From: a bacterium
Lineage (GTDB): Bacteria; Sysuimicrobiota; Sysuimicrobiia; Sysuimicrobiales; Kaftiobacteriaceae
Length of the DNA: 38,229 nt
Reading direction: 5' to 3'
Assembly (NCBI GenBank): GCA_035574075.1
Contig: DATLZI010000127.1
Location: forward strand, 1-38,229
Numbering within the stretch: position 1 is the stretch's first letter; each line of letters opens with the position of its first letter. The notes beneath the pieces were generated by a model. That model saw only the letters and a list, made by a program, of their open reading frames with translations. It made no database searches and was not told the DNA's origin. Of the stretch, positions 8,423 through 17,310 are shown in pieces. Both the position numbers and the translations under genes were made by a program.

Positions 8423-9367
8423 CTACCCCGCCTCGACCGGCGCGGGGACCGCGCGGAGGATCTCCGCGGCGATCTCGCGCGCGCCCCGCTCGCGCAGCCG
8501 CGCCTGGGCCGTGGTAATCAGGCGGTGCGCCAGCAGCGGCGGGGCGAGCTCTTTGACGTCATCTGGCAGGACGTGGTCCCGGTCGCGCACCGCGGCGAGC
8601 GCCTGAGCGGCGCGGTACAGCCCGAGGCTGGCCCGGGGACTGGCCCCCAGCTCGACCTCGGGGTGGGCGCGCGTGGCTCGCGCGATGGCCACGATGTACT
8701 CCTCCACCGCGGGGCTGACGTGCACGCGGCGCACCGCCTGCTGCAGACGCACCAGCTCGTCCGGCCCCGTCACCGGCTGCAGGTCGTCGAGGGGGTTGCC
8801 GCCGCGGAAGCGGCGGAGGATCTCGATCTCGTCGCCGGGCGACGGATAGCCCACCGGGAGCTGCAGGAGGAAGCGGTCGAGCTGCGCCTCGGGCAGCGGG
8901 AAGGTGCCCTGCAGCTCGACGGGGTTCTGCGTGGCGATGACCATGAAGGGGCGGTTCAGCGGGATGGTCCCCGTCTCCAGGGTGACCTGCCGCTCTTCCA
9001 TGCACTCCAGCAGCGCGGCCTGGGTGCGCGGCGTGGCCCGGTTGATCTCATCGGCGAGGAGGATGTGCGTGAACACCGGCCCGGGCCGGAACTCGAATGC
9101 CTGGGTCCGCTGGTTGAAGAAGTGCAGCCCGGTGACGTCTCCGGGCAGCAGGTCGGGCGTGCACTGCAGGCGGCGGAAGGTGCAGCCCAGCGCGCGGGCC
9201 AGCGATTTGGCCAGCAACGTCTTACCGATGCCGGGCACGTCCTCGATCAGGAGGTGCCCTTCGGCGAGCAGCGCGGCGAGGGCCAGCTCGATCACCGCCT
9301 CCTTGCCGACGATGACCCGACCGATGCCCTCGCGCAGCGCCCGCGCGACGGGGGCGACCTCACCCAC
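8423..9367 (-). CDS. moxR: MoxR-family AAA+ ATPase
   Basis: GHLLIEDVPGIGKT (Walker A), LLADEINRATPRTQAALLECMEE (Walker B/sensor), VIATQNP.E..GT.PLPEAQLDRF. The GTG start overlaps the aroA 3' end by 8 nt. Confidence 0.93.
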   Translation of the reverse strand: MGEVAPVARALREGIGRVIVGKEAVIELALAALLAEGHLLIEDVPGIGKTLLAKSLARALGCTFRRLQCTPDLLPGDVTGLHFFNQRTQAFEFRPGPVFTHILLADEINRATPRTQAALLECMEERQVTLETGTIPLNRPFMVIATQNPVELQGTFPLPEAQLDRFLLQLPVGYPSPGDEIEILRRFRGGNPLDDLQPVTGPDELVRLQQAVRRVHVSPAVEEYIVAIARATRAHPEVELGASPRASLGLYRAAQALAAVRDRDHVLPDDVKELAPPLLAHRLITTAQARLRERGAREIAAEILRAVPAPVEAG

Positions 9368-10661
9368 GGGACGACCCGGCGCCCGCGCCCCGCCCCCGCA
9401 GGCGCTCCAGGAGCTCGAAGAAGCCGGGGAAGGAGATGGCCACCGCCTCCGCGCCGCGCACCGTCACCGGCCCGTCCGCGAGCAATCCGGCCACAGCGAA
9501 GGCCATCGCCAGGCGGTGGTCGCCGGCGGCGTCGACGGTGCCGCCGCGCAGCCGGCCGCCGATGATGGTCAGCCCGTCCGGGCGCTCCTCGACCCGCGCC
9601 CCCAGGGCGCGCAGCCCCATGGCCAGCGCGGCGACGCGGTCCGACTCCTTGACCCGCAGCTCCGCGGCATCGGCGATCACGGTGCGCCCCTCCGCGCGGG
9701 CGGCGACGACGGCCAGCACCGGCAGCTCGTCGATCAGGCGGGGGATGATTGGACCGCGCAGCTCGATCCCGCGCAACGGGGCGCCGCGGACCGCCACCGC
9801 TCCCGCGGGCTCACCGATCTCGTCGGCGGGGCGGTCGCTCTCCACCATCGCGCCCATCGCGCGCAGGGCGTCGAGGATCCCGGTGCGGGTGGGGTTGATC
9901 CCGACGTCCTGCACCGTGAGCTCGGCGCCCGGCATCGCGGCGGCAGCGGCCAGGAAGAACGCCGCCGAGGAGATGTCGCCGGGGACGACCACCTCGCCGC
10001 CCCGGGGCAGCCCCGGGACCACCGTGATCTGCGACCCTGCCCGGCGGATCGCCACGCCCTGCTGGGCCAGGAGCCGCTCGGTGTGGTCGCGGGAAGGCGC
10101 GGGCTCGACGACCGTCGTGGGCGTCTCCGCGCGCAGGCCGGCGAGGAGGACGGCCGACTTGACCTGCGCGCTGGCCAGGGGCATCTCGTACCGGATGCCG
10201 CGCAATCGCGCGCCGGTCAGGCGCAGGGGGGGGTAGCGCCCGTCGCGCAGGTCCACGCGGGCGCCCATCGCCCGCAGCGGCGCGGCCACCCGGTCCATCG
10301 GCCGCGATCGCAGGGAGGTGTCGCCGTCGATCACCGCCGCGATCGGCTGCGCGGCCAGCACCCCGGCCAGCAGCCGCATCGTCGTCCCCGAGTTCCCGGC
10401 GTCCAGCGTTGCGGTCGGCTCCACCAGCCGTCCCGCGGTGCCGTGCACCGTCAGCACGTCGCCGTCATCGTCGATCCGCACGCCCAGCTCCCGCAGGCAC
10501 TCCAGCGTGCGCTGGCAGTCGTCGGCGCGCAGGAAGTTGCGGATCACCGTCCGCCCGCTGGCCAGCGCGCCGATGATCGCCGCGCGGTGGGAGATCGACT
10601 TGTCCCCCGGCACACGGATCCGCCCGTAGAGGGCGGCGGCGGGGACGATGGTCGCGTCCAT
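9360..10661 (-). CDS. aroA: 3-phosphoshikimate 1-carboxyvinyltransferase (EPSP synthase)
   Basis: VPGDKSISHRA, LDAGNSGTTMRLL, VKESDR, DHRLAMAFAVAGL. 433 aa. Confidence 0.95.
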   Translation of the reverse strand: MDATIVPAAALYGRIRVPGDKSISHRAAIIGALASGRTVIRNFLRADDCQRTLECLRELGVRIDDDGDVLTVHGTAGRLVEPTATLDAGNSGTTMRLLAGVLAAQPIAAVIDGDTSLRSRPMDRVAAPLRAMGARVDLRDGRYPPLRLTGARLRGIRYEMPLASAQVKSAVLLAGLRAETPTTVVEPAPSRDHTERLLAQQGVAIRRAGSQITVVPGLPRGGEVVVPGDISSAAFFLAAAAAMPGAELTVQDVGINPTRTGILDALRAMGAMVESDRPADEIGEPAGAVAVRGAPLRGIELRGPIIPRLIDELPVLAVVAARAEGRTVIADAAELRVKESDRVAALAMGLRALGARVEERPDGLTIIGGRLRGGTVDAAGDHRLAMAFAVAGLLADGPVTVRGAEAVAISFPGFFELLERLRGRGAGAGSSRG

Positions 10662-10668
10662 GACGCGG

Positions 10669-11040
10669 CTAGGAGCGCCGGGCCTGCAGGTCGGGCCGCA
10701 GCGTGGCGGCGCCGTGGAGGTAGATGTGCACGACCTGCTCCTGCGAGCGGGAGGTGTTCCAGAGCATCAGGACGCGGATGCAGCGCGCCACGGCGCGCGG
10801 CACGGCCATCTCCGTCGCGGACATCAAAGGCACCAGGGTCCAGTTCAGCCGGCGCGCCGCCTCGGCCGGAAACGCCGCGGTCAGGTCGGGCGTGGCGGTG
10901 AAGAGGATCGCCGCGATCTCGTCGGACTCTACGCCGTTCGCCTGCGCCATCTGCTGCAGCAGCTCGACGGTGGCGGAGAGGATGGCCTCCTCCGTGTTGG
11001 CCTCGCAGGTCGTGGCCCCGCGGATGCCCCGGACGTGCAT
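10669..11040 (-). CDS. aroH: chorismate mutase, AroH class
   Basis: MHVRGIRGATT...TEEAIL...ILFTATPDL...FPA...CIRVLM...HIYL..A..LRPDL is collinear with Bacillus subtilis AroH as I recall it. Confidence 0.9.
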   Translation of the reverse strand: MHVRGIRGATTCEANTEEAILSATVELLQQMAQANGVESDEIAAILFTATPDLTAAFPAEAARRLNWTLVPLMSATEMAVPRAVARCIRVLMLWNTSRSQEQVVHIYLHGAATLRPDLQARRS

Positions 11041-11089
11041 CCGCTACCGCGTCCCGACCATGTCGCGGCCGATCGACGCCGGCCCCCGC

Positions 11090-12709
11090 TCAGCGCGCCG
11101 AGGAAGGCCGGGAATGCCGACGAGGTGTTCCTGCTCCACCGATCACCTCCCGCAGCAAGGCCTCCGGGACTTCCTGTTCGCGCCGCACTGACCCGATGCC
11201 TACCAGCACCGGCCAGCGGAGGACGCCGTCCCTCGATTTCTTGTCCAGGGCCAGCGCCCGCCACACCGCGGTCCGACTCACCGGCCCCAATTTGATGGGG
11301 AGCCCGATGCGGGCGAGCAGGGCGTTCTGCCGTTCGACCGCGGCCGCGCTCGCCAACCCCAGGCGCTGGGCCAGACGCGCCTCCAGCGCCATGCCGATGG
11401 CCACGGCCTCGCCGTGCGTCAGCCCGCGGAATCCCGCCGCTGCCTCGACGGCGTGCCCCAGGGTGTGACCGTAGTTCAGGATCTGGCGCTCGGCGCGCTC
11501 CGCTTCATCCGCCTCCACCACGCGGGCCTTGAAGGCGGCGCAGCGCGCGATGACCTCGATCAGCGCCTCCGGCTCCCGGCGGAGCACCGCAGGCAGGTTC
11601 TCCTCCAGGAACTCAAACAGCTCAACGTCGCCGATGACGGCGGTCTTCACCACCTCCGCCAGCCCGCTGCGCAGCTCGCGCTCGGGAAGCGTCCGCAGCG
11701 CGCGGACATCGGCGACGACCGCCGAGGGCTGGTGAAAGGCGCCGATGAGGTTCTTCACCCCGGCATGATTGACCCCGGTCTTCCCGCCGATGCTGCTGTC
11801 GACCATGGCCAGCAGGGTCGTGGGAACATGCACCAGCCGGATCCCCCGCATGTAGATCGCGGCCACGAACCCGCCCAGATCGCCGATCACCCCGCCGCCG
11901 ACCGTGAGCAGCGTGCTGTGGCGGTCCAGCCGCGCCCGAGCCAGACGCGCGCAGAGCGCGCCGACGGTAGCCAGGCTCTTCGAGCTCTCGCCGACCGGCA
12001 CGTCGAGCACCGAGACGTCGAACCCCTGGCTCCTGAGCACCGGCAGGAGGGCGCCCACCGCGGACCGCATCACGCCGCGGTGACTGATGATCGCCAGCCG
12101 CCGGCCCGCGCCCAGCGCGACAAGATCGCCGGGCAGCAGCGCCAAGATCCCCTCGCCGATGTAGATGGGATAGTCGCGGCCGACCAGACGCACCGGCACC
12201 GTGCGGCGATCACGGCGGGCCAGGAAGGCGAGGATCGTCTCAGCCACGCGCTCGGGCGTGGCCACCGCCACGTCGATCAAGAGATCGGCATCGCGGTACA
12301 GCGGCCGACGCTGATCGAGCAGACGGACCACCTCGCCGCGCGCATCGCCGCGCAGCGGCCGTCGCTCGTCGTGGCCCAGCCGTGCGAGCAGGACGTCCAC
12401 GGGCGCCGTGAGCGAGACGATCCAGCCGTGCAGGCGGAGGCGCCGCATGTTCTCGGGACGGAGCACCGCTCCGGCGCCGGTGGCGATCACGAGGTCGCGG
12501 CGCCCGGCGAGCTCGGCGATGATCTGCGCCTCCACGTCCTGCAGGTACCGCTCCCCGCGGCGGGCCACGATCTGCGGAATCGTCGCCCGTTCCCGCGCCG
12601 CCACTCGCCGCTCGGTGTCCACGAAGGTCCACCCGAGGCGGCGGGCCAGGATCTGCCCCACCGCGCTCTTGCCCGTGCCCATGAAGCCGATCAGCACGAC
12701 GTTACGCAT
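11090..12709 (-). CDS. aroKB: bifunctional shikimate kinase-like / 3-dehydroquinate synthase fusion (copy 1)
   Basis: N-terminal domain has LIGFMGTGKSAVG (P-loop). C-terminal domain has canonical DHQS motifs GGGVIGDLGGF, SSIGGKTGVNH, LNYGHTLGHAVE, HGEAVAIGM. 539 aa. Confidence 0.9.
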   Translation of the reverse strand: MRNVVLIGFMGTGKSAVGQILARRLGWTFVDTERRVAARERATIPQIVARRGERYLQDVEAQIIAELAGRRDLVIATGAGAVLRPENMRRLRLHGWIVSLTAPVDVLLARLGHDERRPLRGDARGEVVRLLDQRRPLYRDADLLIDVAVATPERVAETILAFLARRDRRTVPVRLVGRDYPIYIGEGILALLPGDLVALGAGRRLAIISHRGVMRSAVGALLPVLRSQGFDVSVLDVPVGESSKSLATVGALCARLARARLDRHSTLLTVGGGVIGDLGGFVAAIYMRGIRLVHVPTTLLAMVDSSIGGKTGVNHAGVKNLIGAFHQPSAVVADVRALRTLPERELRSGLAEVVKTAVIGDVELFEFLEENLPAVLRREPEALIEVIARCAAFKARVVEADEAERAERQILNYGHTLGHAVEAAAGFRGLTHGEAVAIGMALEARLAQRLGLASAAAVERQNALLARIGLPIKLGPVSRTAVWRALALDKKSRDGVLRWPVLVGIGSVRREQEVPEALLREVIGGAGTPRRHSRPSSAR

Positions 12710-12721
12710 GGGGGGAGGGCA

Positions 12722-13846
12722 TCACAGGGCACGAAGACGGGCGCGATACGCCTGGTAGGCGGTTCGGATGTCGGCCATCGCATCTCCCCCGAACTTCTCG
12801 AGGAAGGCGTCGGCCAGCACAAACGCCACCATGGCCTCCGCCACGACCCCCGCCGCCGGCACGGCGCAGACGTCGCTGCGCACCACGGCGCCGCGAGAAG
12901 GCGCCTTGGTCTCCAGATCCACGGAGAGCAGGGGGGCCATCAGGGTGGAGAGCGGCTTCATCGCCCCGCGCACCACCACCGGCTCGCCGTTGGTGACGCC
13001 GCCCTCGGTGCCGCCGGCCCGGTTCGTCTCACGGTAGAAGCCGCGGTCTGGCAGGTACCGGATCTCGTCGTGCGCCCGCGACCCCGGGGTCCGCGCGATC
13101 TCGAATCCCGGCCCCACCTCCACGCCCTTCACCGCAGGAACCGACATCACGGCCTGCGCGAGCCGTCCGTCAAGTCTTCGATCCCAGTGCACATAGCTCC
13201 CGAGGCCGGGAGGCACGCCGAGCGCCACCACCTCGAACACGCCCCCCAGGGTGTCCCCGCCCTTCCGCGCCGCCTCGATCGCCTCGCGCATCCTGGCCTC
13301 CGCCTCGGCATCCACGCAGCGCAGCTCTGACCCTTCGGCGACGGGGGGGATATCCTCCCAGCGGGCGGGGCGGCGGGTGATCGCAACCGACCCGATCTCG
13401 ACGACGTGGCTGAAGATGGAAATCTCAAAAGCGCCCAGCAGCGCCCGGCACACCGCGCCGACGGCCACCCGCGCCGCCGTCTCCCGCGCGCTGGCCCGCT
13501 CGAGCGCCCGACGCGCGTCGCGGAAACCGTACTTCATCGCCCCGGCCAGATCGGCGTGTCCGGGACGCGGCCGTGTCAGCGGAGGCTCGCTCAGGCGCAC
13601 GTCTCGGTTCTCCACGCGCAGGGCGACCGGCGCGCCGATCGTCTCCCCGCCCATGAGTCCGGAGACGATCTCCACCCGGTCAGCTTCCAGCTTCATCCGG
13701 GGACTGCGCCCGTAGCCCACCTGACGCCGGGCCATCTGAGCGTTGATCTCATCCGCGCTCAGAGGCAACCCGGCGGGCAACCCCTCAAGGATCGCGGTGA
13801 GCGCCTGGCCGTGAGATTCTCCGGCGGTGAGGAAGCGCAGAGTCAT
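12722..13846 (-). CDS. aroC: chorismate synthase
   Basis: [16 protein letters not shown]..., [24 protein letters not shown], and a C-terminal FMN-binding region. Confidence 0.95.
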   Translation of the reverse strand: MTLRFLTAGESHGQALTAILEGLPAGLPLSADEINAQMARRQVGYGRSPRMKLEADRVEIVSGLMGGETIGAPVALRVENRDVRLSEPPLTRPRPGHADLAGAMKYGFRDARRALERASARETAARVAVGAVCRALLGAFEISIFSHVVEIGSVAITRRPARWEDIPPVAEGSELRCVDAEAEARMREAIEAARKGGDTLGGVFEVVALGVPPGLGSYVHWDRRLDGRLAQAVMSVPAVKGVEVGPGFEIARTPGSRAHDEIRYLPDRGFYRETNRAGGTEGGVTNGEPVVVRGAMKPLSTLMAPLLSVDLETKAPSRGAVVRSDVCAVPAAGVVAEAMVAFVLADAFLEKFGGDAMADIRTAYQAYRARLRAL

Positions 13847-14733
13847 CAGGGCGGGGGTGGGCCGTCAACCGCGTGCCGCATGGCCGCAATGGGCGCGGGC
13901 CGGCCGGTCCACAGCTCGAAGCTCCGCGCCCCCTGGTAGACCAGCATGCTCAGGCCGTCCACGATCGTCGCCCCCGCGCGGGCCGCCGCGTTCAGCAACG
14001 CCGTCCGCCGCGGCGTGTACACCATGTCCAGGACGATCATGCCGGGACGCAGCACCGGATCGAGGGCCCGCAGCCAGGCCGGCGCCTCGCCGCGCCCGTC
14101 GGAGATCTCCGCGAGCATCGCGCTGGTCGCCTGGATGATCACGTCGGCCTCTTCCGCTGCTCGGACGACGGTCGCGGGATCAAGGGGCCCCGCCCGCACG
14201 GCGCAGGCCGGATGGGCATCGGCCACACGACCGGCCACCTCCTCCGCGCGCGACGTGGTCCGATTCAAGATCACCACCGACGCCGCGCCGGCGCTGGCGA
14301 GCGCGAACGCGGCGCTACGACCGGCGCCCCCGGCGCCCAGGACGAGGCAGCGGGCCCCGGCCAGGGTCCGACCGCCATCGCGCACCAGGGCGTCCAGCAC
14401 GCCCGGCGCGTCGGTGTTGTAGCCGACGAGCCGGTCGGCTTCGACGCGCACGGTGTTGACCGCGCCGATGGCGCGGGCCGATGGCTCGAGCTCGTCGAGG
14501 AGGCTCGTCACGGCCCGCTTGTGGGGGATGGTGACGTTGACGCCGGCCAGACCGAGCGCCCGGATGCCGCGCAGCGCATCCGGCAGGTGCTCCGCCGGGA
14601 CGTGAAAGGCGACGAACCGCCAGTCCATCCCCAGCGCCGCAAACGCCGCGGTGTGCATGCGGGGGGAAAGCGAGTGGGCCACGGGATCCCCGATGATCCC
14701 GACGATCCCTCCGTGCGCCCGCGGGGCGATCAT
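13846..14733 (-). CDS. aroE: shikimate dehydrogenase
   Basis: [37 protein letters not shown]. The stop shares one nt with the aroC ATG. Confidence 0.93.
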   Translation of the reverse strand: MIAPRAHGGIVGIIGDPVAHSLSPRMHTAAFAALGMDWRFVAFHVPAEHLPDALRGIRALGLAGVNVTIPHKRAVTSLLDELEPSARAIGAVNTVRVEADRLVGYNTDAPGVLDALVRDGGRTLAGARCLVLGAGGAGRSAAFALASAGAASVVILNRTTSRAEEVAGRVADAHPACAVRAGPLDPATVVRAAEEADVIIQATSAMLAEISDGRGEAPAWLRALDPVLRPGMIVLDMVYTPRRTALLNAAARAGATIVDGLSMLVYQGARSFELWTGRPAPIAAMRHAVDGPPPP

Positions 14734-14740
14734 ACCCGGA

Positions 14741-14749
14741 ATGATAGCA
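14741..14749 (-). promoter_or_regulatory. possible extended -10 element (TGC-TATCAT) upstream of aroE
   Basis: Minus strand reads ATTATGCTATCATTCCGGGTATG, and the element closely resembles the aroF promoter (TATGCTATAAT). I saw no good -35. The -10 ends 7 nt before the aroE ATG. Confidence 0.3.
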
Positions 14750-14807
14750 TAATCTCCCTGCGATCCTGGGGAAGTCCGGAGGCGGGGGCGGCGCGGTGCG
14801 CGATCGC

Positions 14808-16433
14808 TCAGGACTGCGGCAGGCTATCCCCAGCGGTTTGCCCCGCCGCCGCTCCGTGGTCGCTGACCACACGGGCCACCAGGTCGAGCGGCACGTCGCT
14901 GTGCACCTCGCCACTGCCGAGGGCTGTGGGCAGCACGAACCGCAACCGGGCGCCCTGCTTCTTCTTGTCGCGCCACAAGGCCTCCACGAGGTGCGCCGCC
15001 GCCACCCCCGAGAAATCGCACGGCAGACCCAGCCGCCGCAAGAGGGCCGTCTGCCGATCCGCCAGCGTTCCAGCGGTGATCCCCATCGCCGAGCCCACCC
15101 GGGCGGCCAGGGTCATCCCGATGGCCACCGCCTCGCCGTGCGTGTAGCGACGGAAGCCCGTCGAAACCTCGATGGCATGCGCAAAGGTATGGCCGTAGTT
15201 GAGCAGCAGGCGGCGTCCCGTACCTTCCTCGTCTTCATCGACGATGGCGGCCTTGATCCGCAGGCACCACGCCACCAGGTCGGCAAGGCCCTCGCCGCGG
15301 AGCAGATCGCCCGCCCGTTCTTCCAGGAAGCGGAACAGCCCGGCGTCGGCGATCACCCCGTACTTCACGGCCTCGGCCAGTCCAGCGCGCAGCGCTCGAA
15401 GGCCGCCGGCCTGCGCCAGCTGGACGTCGGCGACAGCCAACCGCGGATGGTGGAGGAGGCCGATGAGATTCTTGGCGCGGGGATGGTTGAGCGAGACCTT
15501 TCCGCCGATGCAGCTGTCGAGCTGGGCGACCAGCGTCGTGGGCAGGTAGACTACCGGGACACCGCGCATATACGTCGCGGCGAGAAACCCGCCGATGTCC
15601 AGCGTCTCTTCTCCTCCCATGGCCACCAGACAGCCGGTCCGGTCGAGCTGCTCCTGGACCAGTCGGTCACAGAGCCAGCCGACGGACTCCCACGTCTTCG
15701 CGCTCTCCCCGGCCGGAATCTCGATCAGCACCGGGGAGAAGCCCGCGCCCTGCAGCGCGTCGCGGAGCTGGATGCCGTACGACCTGGCGGCGGCGGGAGA
15801 CGCCAGCACGGCGGCCCGCCCCTGGAGCCCGGCTTCCCGCGCGTAGTACCCCACCAGCCCCCGCACCCCATCGCCCACGATCGCCTGATAGGCCGGGGCA
15901 TGGCGGGGATGGACGGAGACGACCGCCGTGGGCTCTCGCTCGGCAAGGAAACGGACGATCCTCCGCACCACCGCGTCGACGTCCTCCTCCGCGACATCCA
16001 CCACGAGGTCGGCGGCGCGATATCCCGCCTCGCGCCGCTTCCACAGGCGCTCCAGGTTCTGAACGGCCCCGCCCTTGAGGAGCGGCCACTGGTCGGCCTG
16101 CCCGACCCGACGGGCCAGCACCTCGGGGGGCGCCACCAGGGCGATGACCCACCCCCAGGCCCGGAGGGTGGCCATGTTCTCGGGCCGCTCCACCACGCCG
16201 CCGCCGGTAGCGACAACGCCTCTCTGGCCGGTCACTTCGCTGATCGCCGCCTGCTCGAGGGCGCGGAAGTACGCCTCCCCGCGGGTCTCAAAGATCTCCG
16301 CGATGGACGCATCCTCGCGGCTCTCGATCATCTCGTCGGTATCGAAGAAGGGGAGGCCCAACGTGAACGCCAGGCGACGTCCCACAGCGCTCTTGCCCGT
16401 CGCGGGCATGCCGATCAGCGCGATGTTCCTCAT
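14808..16433 (-). CDS. aroKB: bifunctional shikimate kinase / divergent 3-dehydroquinate synthase-like fusion (copy 2)
   Basis: N-terminal domain has LIGMPATGKSAVG, FFDTDEMIE, YFRALE, ATGGGVV. C-terminal DHQS-like domain has GGEETLDIGGF, SCIGGKVSLNH, LNYGHTFAHAIE, HGEAVAIGM. ATG 16433 gives MRNIALIG...; the alternative is TTG 16469. Confidence 0.88.
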   Translation of the reverse strand: MRNIALIGMPATGKSAVGRRLAFTLGLPFFDTDEMIESREDASIAEIFETRGEAYFRALEQAAISEVTGQRGVVATGGGVVERPENMATLRAWGWVIALVAPPEVLARRVGQADQWPLLKGGAVQNLERLWKRREAGYRAADLVVDVAEEDVDAVVRRIVRFLAEREPTAVVSVHPRHAPAYQAIVGDGVRGLVGYYAREAGLQGRAAVLASPAAARSYGIQLRDALQGAGFSPVLIEIPAGESAKTWESVGWLCDRLVQEQLDRTGCLVAMGGEETLDIGGFLAATYMRGVPVVYLPTTLVAQLDSCIGGKVSLNHPRAKNLIGLLHHPRLAVADVQLAQAGGLRALRAGLAEAVKYGVIADAGLFRFLEERAGDLLRGEGLADLVAWCLRIKAAIVDEDEEGTGRRLLLNYGHTFAHAIEVSTGFRRYTHGEAVAIGMTLAARVGSAMGITAGTLADRQTALLRRLGLPCDFSGVAAAHLVEALWRDKKKQGARLRFVLPTALGSGEVHSDVPLDLVARVVSDHGAAAGQTAGDSLPQS

Positions 16434-16488
16434 GGAGGTTAGCCTAGGCCCTCCGCGGTAGCGGCGCAAGCATCACGGCCGGAGGGAG

Positions 16489-17310
16489 CTACGGCCGGGG
16501 GAGGAAGGGCCGAGGCGGAACCCCTGCGTAGGTGTAGCCGCAGCGCGGTGGCGTGGGCCCCTTGATGCGCTCCCCCTGCTGCATCTGCTCCCAGGCGTGC
16601 GCCAGGATCCCCACGGAGCGCGACAGGATGAACAGCCCCCGCCCCAGGGCCGGGGGGAAGTCGAGTTCGCAGAACACCACAGCGGTGGCCCCATCGATGT
16701 TCATGGGGATCCTCCGTCCGGCCCGCCGCTCCAGCGTAGCTTCCACGGCGCGCGCGATGCGCGCGAAGCGGCCGGAGACCGCCCCGGCGCCGACCGCCCG
16801 CTCGACCAGGTGGAGGAGCCGCACGGCCCGGGGATCGACGGGATGGAAGCGGTGGCCGAACCCGGGCACGTAGGCTCCAGGGCCAAGCCCGCTGAGGGCC
16901 GCCTCCACGGCCTCCTCCAGGGACATCCCCTGATCCCACCCCGCGGCCACGGCGTGCAAGACTTCCATGCACTGCTGGCCGGCGCCGCCGTGCACGTCCC
17001 CCAGCGCGTTCACCCCTGCGGCCACGGCGCCATTCAACGCCACCCCGCAGGTCGCCGTCATGCGCGCGATCGCGATGGACGGCGCCTGGGGCCCGTGATC
17101 CACGGCCGCGACCAGCGCGGCCTCGAGGAGCTGCGCCTGGGTCGTCGTGGGCAACTCTCCCCGCAGCATCAGCCAGACCATCGAGGGGAAGTTCAGGTTG
17201 CCGATGAGCTCTTCGATCGCGTAGCCCCGGATCCGGATGCTTCCCGGGGCGATATCGATGATGGCCGTCTGCCACCAATCCCGCACAGGGTCAGCCATCG
17301 GGTCGCTCAT
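16489..17310 (-). CDS. truncated citrate synthase family protein (citryl-CoA lyase-like)
   Basis: About 273 aa, from MSDPMADPVRDWW.... Citrate synthase family motifs are retained: GDVHGGAGQQ, VPGFGHRFHPVDPRA, PMNIDGATAV. ATGA overlap with the CoA-transferase stop. The upstream 96 codons of the tracked ORF are Arg-rich overlap. Confidence 0.85.
   Translation of the reverse strand: MSDPMADPVRDWWQTAIIDIAPGSIRIRGYAIEELIGNLNFPSMVWLMLRGELPTTTQAQLLEAALVAAVDHGPQAPSIAIARMTATCGVALNGAVAAGVNALGDVHGGAGQQCMEVLHAVAAGWDQGMSLEEAVEAALSGLGPGAYVPGFGHRFHPVDPRAVRLLHLVERAVGAGAVSGRFARIARAVEATLERRAGRRIPMNIDGATAVVFCELDFPPALGRGLFILSRSVGILAHAWEQMQQGERIKGPTPPRCGYTYAGVPPRPFLPRP

Noticed and set aside
8904-10901. Long plus-strand ORFs antisense to well-supported genes: 8904..10901 (665 aa), 34740..37307 (855 aa), 11414..13330 (638 aa), 14796..16442, 24691..26268, 5836..7242 and 7224..8606.
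   Set aside because: Their translations are Arg/Gly/Pro/Asp/His-rich with no recognisable motifs. They lie exactly opposite genes with strong family signatures (aroA, gyrB, aroKB, tctA and others). These are typical shadow ORFs of a roughly 70% GC genome, where stop codons are rare in all frames.
16434-16488. GGAGG...CCTCC pairing just upstream of the aroKB copy 2 ATG, and the C-rich CCCTCCCCCC before the copy 1 ATG, considered as a shared translational control element.
   Set aside because: The stems are only 5 bp, the similarity between the two sites is limited to C-richness, and the start codon of copy 2 is itself uncertain. The evidence is too weak to report as a feature.
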